Shown here piece after piece: positions 59,607 to 64,000 of a stretch of DNA of 64,000 bases. The translations under genes and the position numbers were made by a program. The stretch's first letter is position 1, and the number at the start of each line of letters is the position of its first letter. The DNA lies in NCBI GenBank assembly GCA_977018835.1, contig OZ361258.1:4092001-4156000 (forward strand), in the 5' to 3' direction. Source of the stretch: Minutocellus sp. GHC0000111 (Eukaryota). Under the pieces are notes generated by a model. The model saw nothing but the letters and a program-made list of their open reading frames with translations, made no database searches and was not told where the DNA came from.

Positions 59607-62600
59607 ATGCAGAGCTCTCCAGGGCCTCGTCCACAGGAGACGGGAGCTCCTAGTCCAACCATTGCCTGCAACAGCCCAACCCAACTCAAACAAAGCCCAT
59701 TGCCCCCTTCGGAACTCGCTGTACACGTAGATAACAATGCGGGAACAGAAGAGACGGGATCTCTATCCATCTCCACCATCACTCAAGAGGACGCTGGCGA
59801 TCTGCTCAATTTCCTACAAGATCTCCGTATAAAACCAGACATCGCGCGGAGTTATCGGCGGACTCTTCTTGCAAGCGGCTATGATTACCTAGAGGCACTG
59901 GACGAGGCTGATGAAGCTGAACTTCTTGACCTTGGTCTCAAGGTTGGGCATGTGAAGCGCATCAAGAGGGCTACGCCAACGAATTGCCTGCCTCCACATC
60001 CGTCTCACTCCGGCAGCAATCGGCATTTCTTTGGAGATTCCTTTGTGTCGGAGACAGGAGGGATAAATTGCAGCTTTGCATCATCGTACCATGGCCACCC
60101 TCCTCCGCCACGCACCCCACCGCACAGTACCCCCAACAATATGGACAGCAGCTTACAATTGTCGGCATCCGTTCACAGCATGGCGATAGCCAACGAAAAG
60201 ATTATGCAACAAGCCGAGCGCATTCGTCAATTGGAATCCGAGCTCTCTTCGGCCGTAGTGCCTCTTTCTTCCCGACCACAAATGCCGGAACAACGCAAAC
60301 AGGAGCAAAGGGTCACTTCACCGACCGCCAAGACCTCGCCTAGTCCAGAGTCAAGGGGAGTTCTTACTGCTGAGGAGAGGCTTCAGGCCCACAAAGAACG
60401 GAAGCAACAGGAGAATCGATACAAGGATCTTGCAGGAAAATGGGAGGCACCCACGCCTATGAAGAAACAGAAGGTGGATCTCACCAAGAAGGTGTCGCGA
60501 AACGACGAGATGGTCGAGAGATTGGCCGCCAATGCCCAGGAACGCCGGAGACATTCCGAGATTCAGCAAAATGTTGCAGATGTTCTGCAACGGTATGCAA
60601 CTGCGGACGATGAAGATGATGAGGACAGCACCGAACGAATGGGTCGGTCATCGGTGACCTGTTCCAATCACAACAGGCCTAGGTCTAGGGACACAATATC
60701 CTCGAGGTCTAAAACGTCGAGGGATAAACAATCGGCTCTCATGCAGCGACTCGGGATGACACCGAATACTCGACGAAAGATGCACATCGAGCTGGAGGCC
60801 ACGAACTCTGAAAAGAGGACGCTCCGTGGACATCGCATGGCCAAACCACAATGGAGAATGTCCAACGAGTTCCGACCTGCCGGTGGGCATGACGAGGAAG
60901 AGGAGGACAGCATTGAGCTTGGATATATTTCCGATGTCACGCCAGACCGATGCCATACGTGCAACGCCTTGGATGATTTGGAGGAAGACCTTGATGACCC
61001 TGGACTTTTTTATTGCTCGAGGTGTTGGGACGAGTATGAATTCTCCGCGACATTCACCACTGGCCCTCGCGACCTTGCTGCACTTTCTCAGCATCAGTCT
61101 CCTCCAAAACAAACGTGAGCACCGCCACAGTCCGCTCTTACCGACCATGCCCAATATCAGCAGCAAGCTCTCGCCGCTGTGGGCCCTCCTCAGCCAACGA
61201 TGCCAAGAACGGATCGGGCTCTGTGGATTGTTCACGACAATCCGCAGCTTGGAAGTCAGGTGATGGTCTCTGGATCTAAGCGGGTGAAGTGCATGGTTGA
61301 GACCAAGGAACCCAACAAGAAGAACTGCGTTCGAATTCTAACTGGCGTTATTGACTACAGCGGATCTGTGTCCAAGTGTGGCTTGGATCGCCCCGAGCAT
61401 CCGAATGTCGAGGCAGGTACCGAGTGTCTTCGACTTCGCAATGTTCGGGGATACATTGTGGATCATGCCAGCGTTGAATCAAGGCTTTCTAGCAACAACA
61501 AGGCCATCTACGAGTTCCATTTGGACGGCAAAGATGCTACTTTGTTGACAGGAAAGGATGCAACCATGACCGCCAAGGAGTTCCTGGAGGGCTGTGAGGG
61601 TTCTGTTGATGTGATTATTGATCCCCAATGCTCCCCGGGAGAGTGGTACCCCCAACGAGAAGCATCAGAGAACAATACAAGGAAATTGGCGCCTCAGTTC
61701 AGATCCAAGGGCGTTGGGTACATTCGACTTGGCGACGACATGAGTCGCAACGGCCAAGCATTTCTGTCCAACGACGCTTGCCGGACGTTCTTTTCATCCC
61801 CAAGTTCAGGAGGTAGTAGTGGCGGAGGGAGTAATAGCAGCCATATGATGGCAGCATCGAAATCAAAGGTGCAGGACCATGATACCAGCATGATGGACGC
61901 CTCGAAGGTATCTACAAAGGAAGAGGCAGACGCAGCCACCCATCCAACTGATACTCACGACGCAAATGTTGACAAGGCAAGATCTAGGCAGCTCCAAGGA
62001 CTCTCGATTGACTTTTCTGATGACGAAGAGGGGGGTGGAACAGAAAGTGTTGCGTCTGACGATAATGATAGCGATGATGACAGCATGAGCTTTGCCGAAA
62101 GCGACTGCACCCCGGTCGATGATGCAGGCGATATCCTAAAGCGGCTCCAGAGTGTCGAAATTACCAAGGAAATGAAGTGGAGCGAGAAGGCCGACCTCGT
62201 TGTTCGATTGGGAAAGGTTCTCGCGGAAGAAGATTCACCAAAAGGACAATGTTCCGCAGCTCTCAAGGTCATCCAGGATGTCCTCGGTGGCAAAAATGTA
62301 AATGTCCACGTCCTCCGAGCATCGGTAGAAGCAGCTGGGAATATTGGCGAGCGCTTGGGCAATGAGCTTGTATCAGAAGTATCGTGGCGCCCAATCATGT
62401 TGAACATGTTGAGACTCCTATCCTCGAAACAGGGCAGCGCCGTGGCCAAGCTAAACCTTGAGCGACTTCATGGTTTGGGGTAAAGTCTTACCAACTCGTT
62501 GGTTTGCATATCTCACGCACTTGGACTTGGCAAGGAGACGGGAGGAGGGCGAAGGAACAAGGCCGCTGCAAGTCGAGCGGCAAATGCTCTCAAGACGGCC

Positions 62601-62735
62601 AACAATGTCGACGTTGTGGAATGGTTGGACCAGCGGGTTGAGGCTGAGCGTCACATGCATGACCTTGAGCCAAAGGCGGACAAGGGTACCCTGGAGACAC
62701 TGGCAAGATTTTTCCTCTCGCATGTGCGGAAGTGA
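59607..62735 (+). pseudogene. SAM-domain protein with HEAT/TOG-like C-terminal helices; two in-frame stops
   Basis: SAM-like FLQDLRI..YRRTLLASGYDYLEAL...LLDLGLKVGHVKRI. ORFs starting at 59607, 61179 and 62499 share one frame, separated by TGA (61116) and TAA (62481). Confidence 0.65.
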
Positions 62736-62853
62736 TTCGATACGACGTACCGGTATAATTCCAATGAAATAAATTCTTGTATATTGACTTTTCATCATGC
62801 ATGTAGGTGAGCATCTCTTACGTTATCGCGTATTCTATTGTAGCATACCACGC

Positions 62854-64000
62854 TTATTGCGATATGGACTCGTCGATATCGCGAAAGTTTTTGTAAAAGG
62901 ATCGGAACAACGCCAGCCCATGAGAAAGATCGGCGACTCCCATCGTTTCTCGGATGCTGTGCATCGAAAGCTGTGGGCACCCCATATCAATGGCACGGAT
63001 CCCGGTGGCTGTCGAAATGATGGGGCCGATGGTCGAGCCACAACCGCAGTCATTGCGTACTACAAACTCCTGAATAGGCGGCAATCCTGCCAAACGAGCT
63101 GCCTCGCGAACAATAAGGCCGGTAATCCCATTGGTAGCATACCGTTGGTTGGCATTCCTCTTGATGACCATGCCCTGGTTCATCTTGGGCATGTGTCCCT
63201 TTTCATGCTTACTCGCATAATTGGGGTGCACAGCGTGTGCCTGATCTACACTCAACACAAAGCTCTTGGCCAATGCCGACGCATAGAGATCGGGATTAGT
63301 CTCACCGGCGTTGAGGGCACTGGAAATGCGCTGCACGGCCTCACCCATAATTGGACTACCGGCGCCGGTAATACTGGAACTACCGACCTCTTCGTGGTCA
63401 AACAGAGCAATGAGCGATATGTCCTCGTCAGTCTCCAGACCAGATCCATCGACGTGCTCGACCAAGCCACGGAGAGCCAGGAAACAGCTGGCAAGATTAT
63501 CGAGCCTGGCCGAGTGAAGGAACTCTGACCGAGCACCGCCCAACGAGGCCTGCTGGATGTCGTAAAGATTCAATTCAAAGTCGGCAATGTCTGCCTTGTC
63601 GACATTCAATTCCGACGCAATCATATCGAGAAGCATTGGTTCTTGGTATTCCACCCATCCATCCTTTTCAACTCCATCGCCCTTTTTGGCGTTGTTGTTG
63701 CCTTCCTCGTCGCCACCACCATTACTACTGCCGCTGAGTGCCTTCTTCACCTCCATGGCCAAGATGGGTTGCAGATGATCTTCCTTGTTGATGGCAAACG
63801 CCTCCCGTTCCTTGGCCATCTGCAGATGAATGGCAAGGTTAGGAATCCTCACGACGGCCCGGTCGATCTTGAGCAGCCGCTGCTCAATCCTGCCGCTCCC
63901 GGCGTGCCGGACCATGACCCGCCCGGAAAGGCCCAGATCGCGATCGAACCACGTATTCCACAGCCCACCGCCGTAGCACTCGACGGCCAGCTGGACGGTG
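62854..64000 (-). CDS. DNPEP: Aspartyl aminopeptidase (peptidase M18), 5'-partial
   Basis: VECYGGGLWNTWFDRDL, IPNLAIHL, RLDNL, FDHEEVGS, HAVHPNY, GCGSTIGP and LSMHSIRE. Confidence 0.95.
   Translation of the reverse strand, partial: TVQLAVECYGGGLWNTWFDRDLGLSGRVMVRHAGSGRIEQRLLKIDRAVVRIPNLAIHLQMAKEREAFAINKEDHLQPILAMEVKKALSGSSNGGGDEEGNNNAKKGDGVEKDGWVEYQEPMLLDMIASELNVDKADIADFELNLYDIQQASLGGARSEFLHSARLDNLASCFLALRGLVEHVDGSGLETDEDISLIALFDHEEVGSSSITGAGSPIMGEAVQRISSALNAGETNPDLYASALAKSFVLSVDQAHAVHPNYASKHEKGHMPKMNQGMVIKRNANQRYATNGITGLIVREAARLAGLPPIQEFVVRNDCGCGSTIGPIISTATGIRAIDMGCPQLSMHSIRETMGVADLSHGLALFRSFYKNFRDIDESISQ

Noticed and set aside
33343..62483. Stop-codon reassignment or programmed readthrough explaining the in-frame stops
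   Set aside because: All three stop codons occur internally, intact genes end normally with TAA/TAG/TGA, and frameshifts co-occur. Nonsense mutation is simpler.
1..64000. tRNA, rRNA or CRISPR arrays
   Set aside because: None recognised by eye. No repeat-spacer structure was seen, and tRNAscan/Infernal were not run.

Overview
Gene-dense eukaryotic DNA with short GT-AG introns, almost certainly from a diatom: it carries a silicon transporter and a bipartite plastid-targeting signal. From left to right: (1) the right part of a degenerate Kolobok-type DNA transposon, with a KolX/P2X7-C-like gene converging on a broken DDE transposase and ending in ...CCCTC|TTAA at 3348; (2) a roughly 8.7-kb gene for a giant secreted protein (Cys-rich domain, two beta-sandwich repeats, 8 EGF repeats, a CBM-like domain and fused DUF1800-DUF1501), broken by frameshifts; (3) several accessory genes; (4) an intact triple-domain silicon transporter (about 1597 aa); (5) mitochondrial Hsp70 head-to-head with a J-domain gene; (6) a near-perfect 3 x 4195-bp tandem amplification (37788-50375) with 3-bp microhomology junctions; (7) an MFS transporter, NADPH-cytochrome P450 reductase, RING, P-domain, Rubisco-LSMT, SAM-domain and aspartyl aminopeptidase genes. 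Across the window, housekeeping genes are intact while many accessory genes carry in-frame stops, frameshifts or internal deletions. All family assignments come from motif recognition by eye; no database searches were run.
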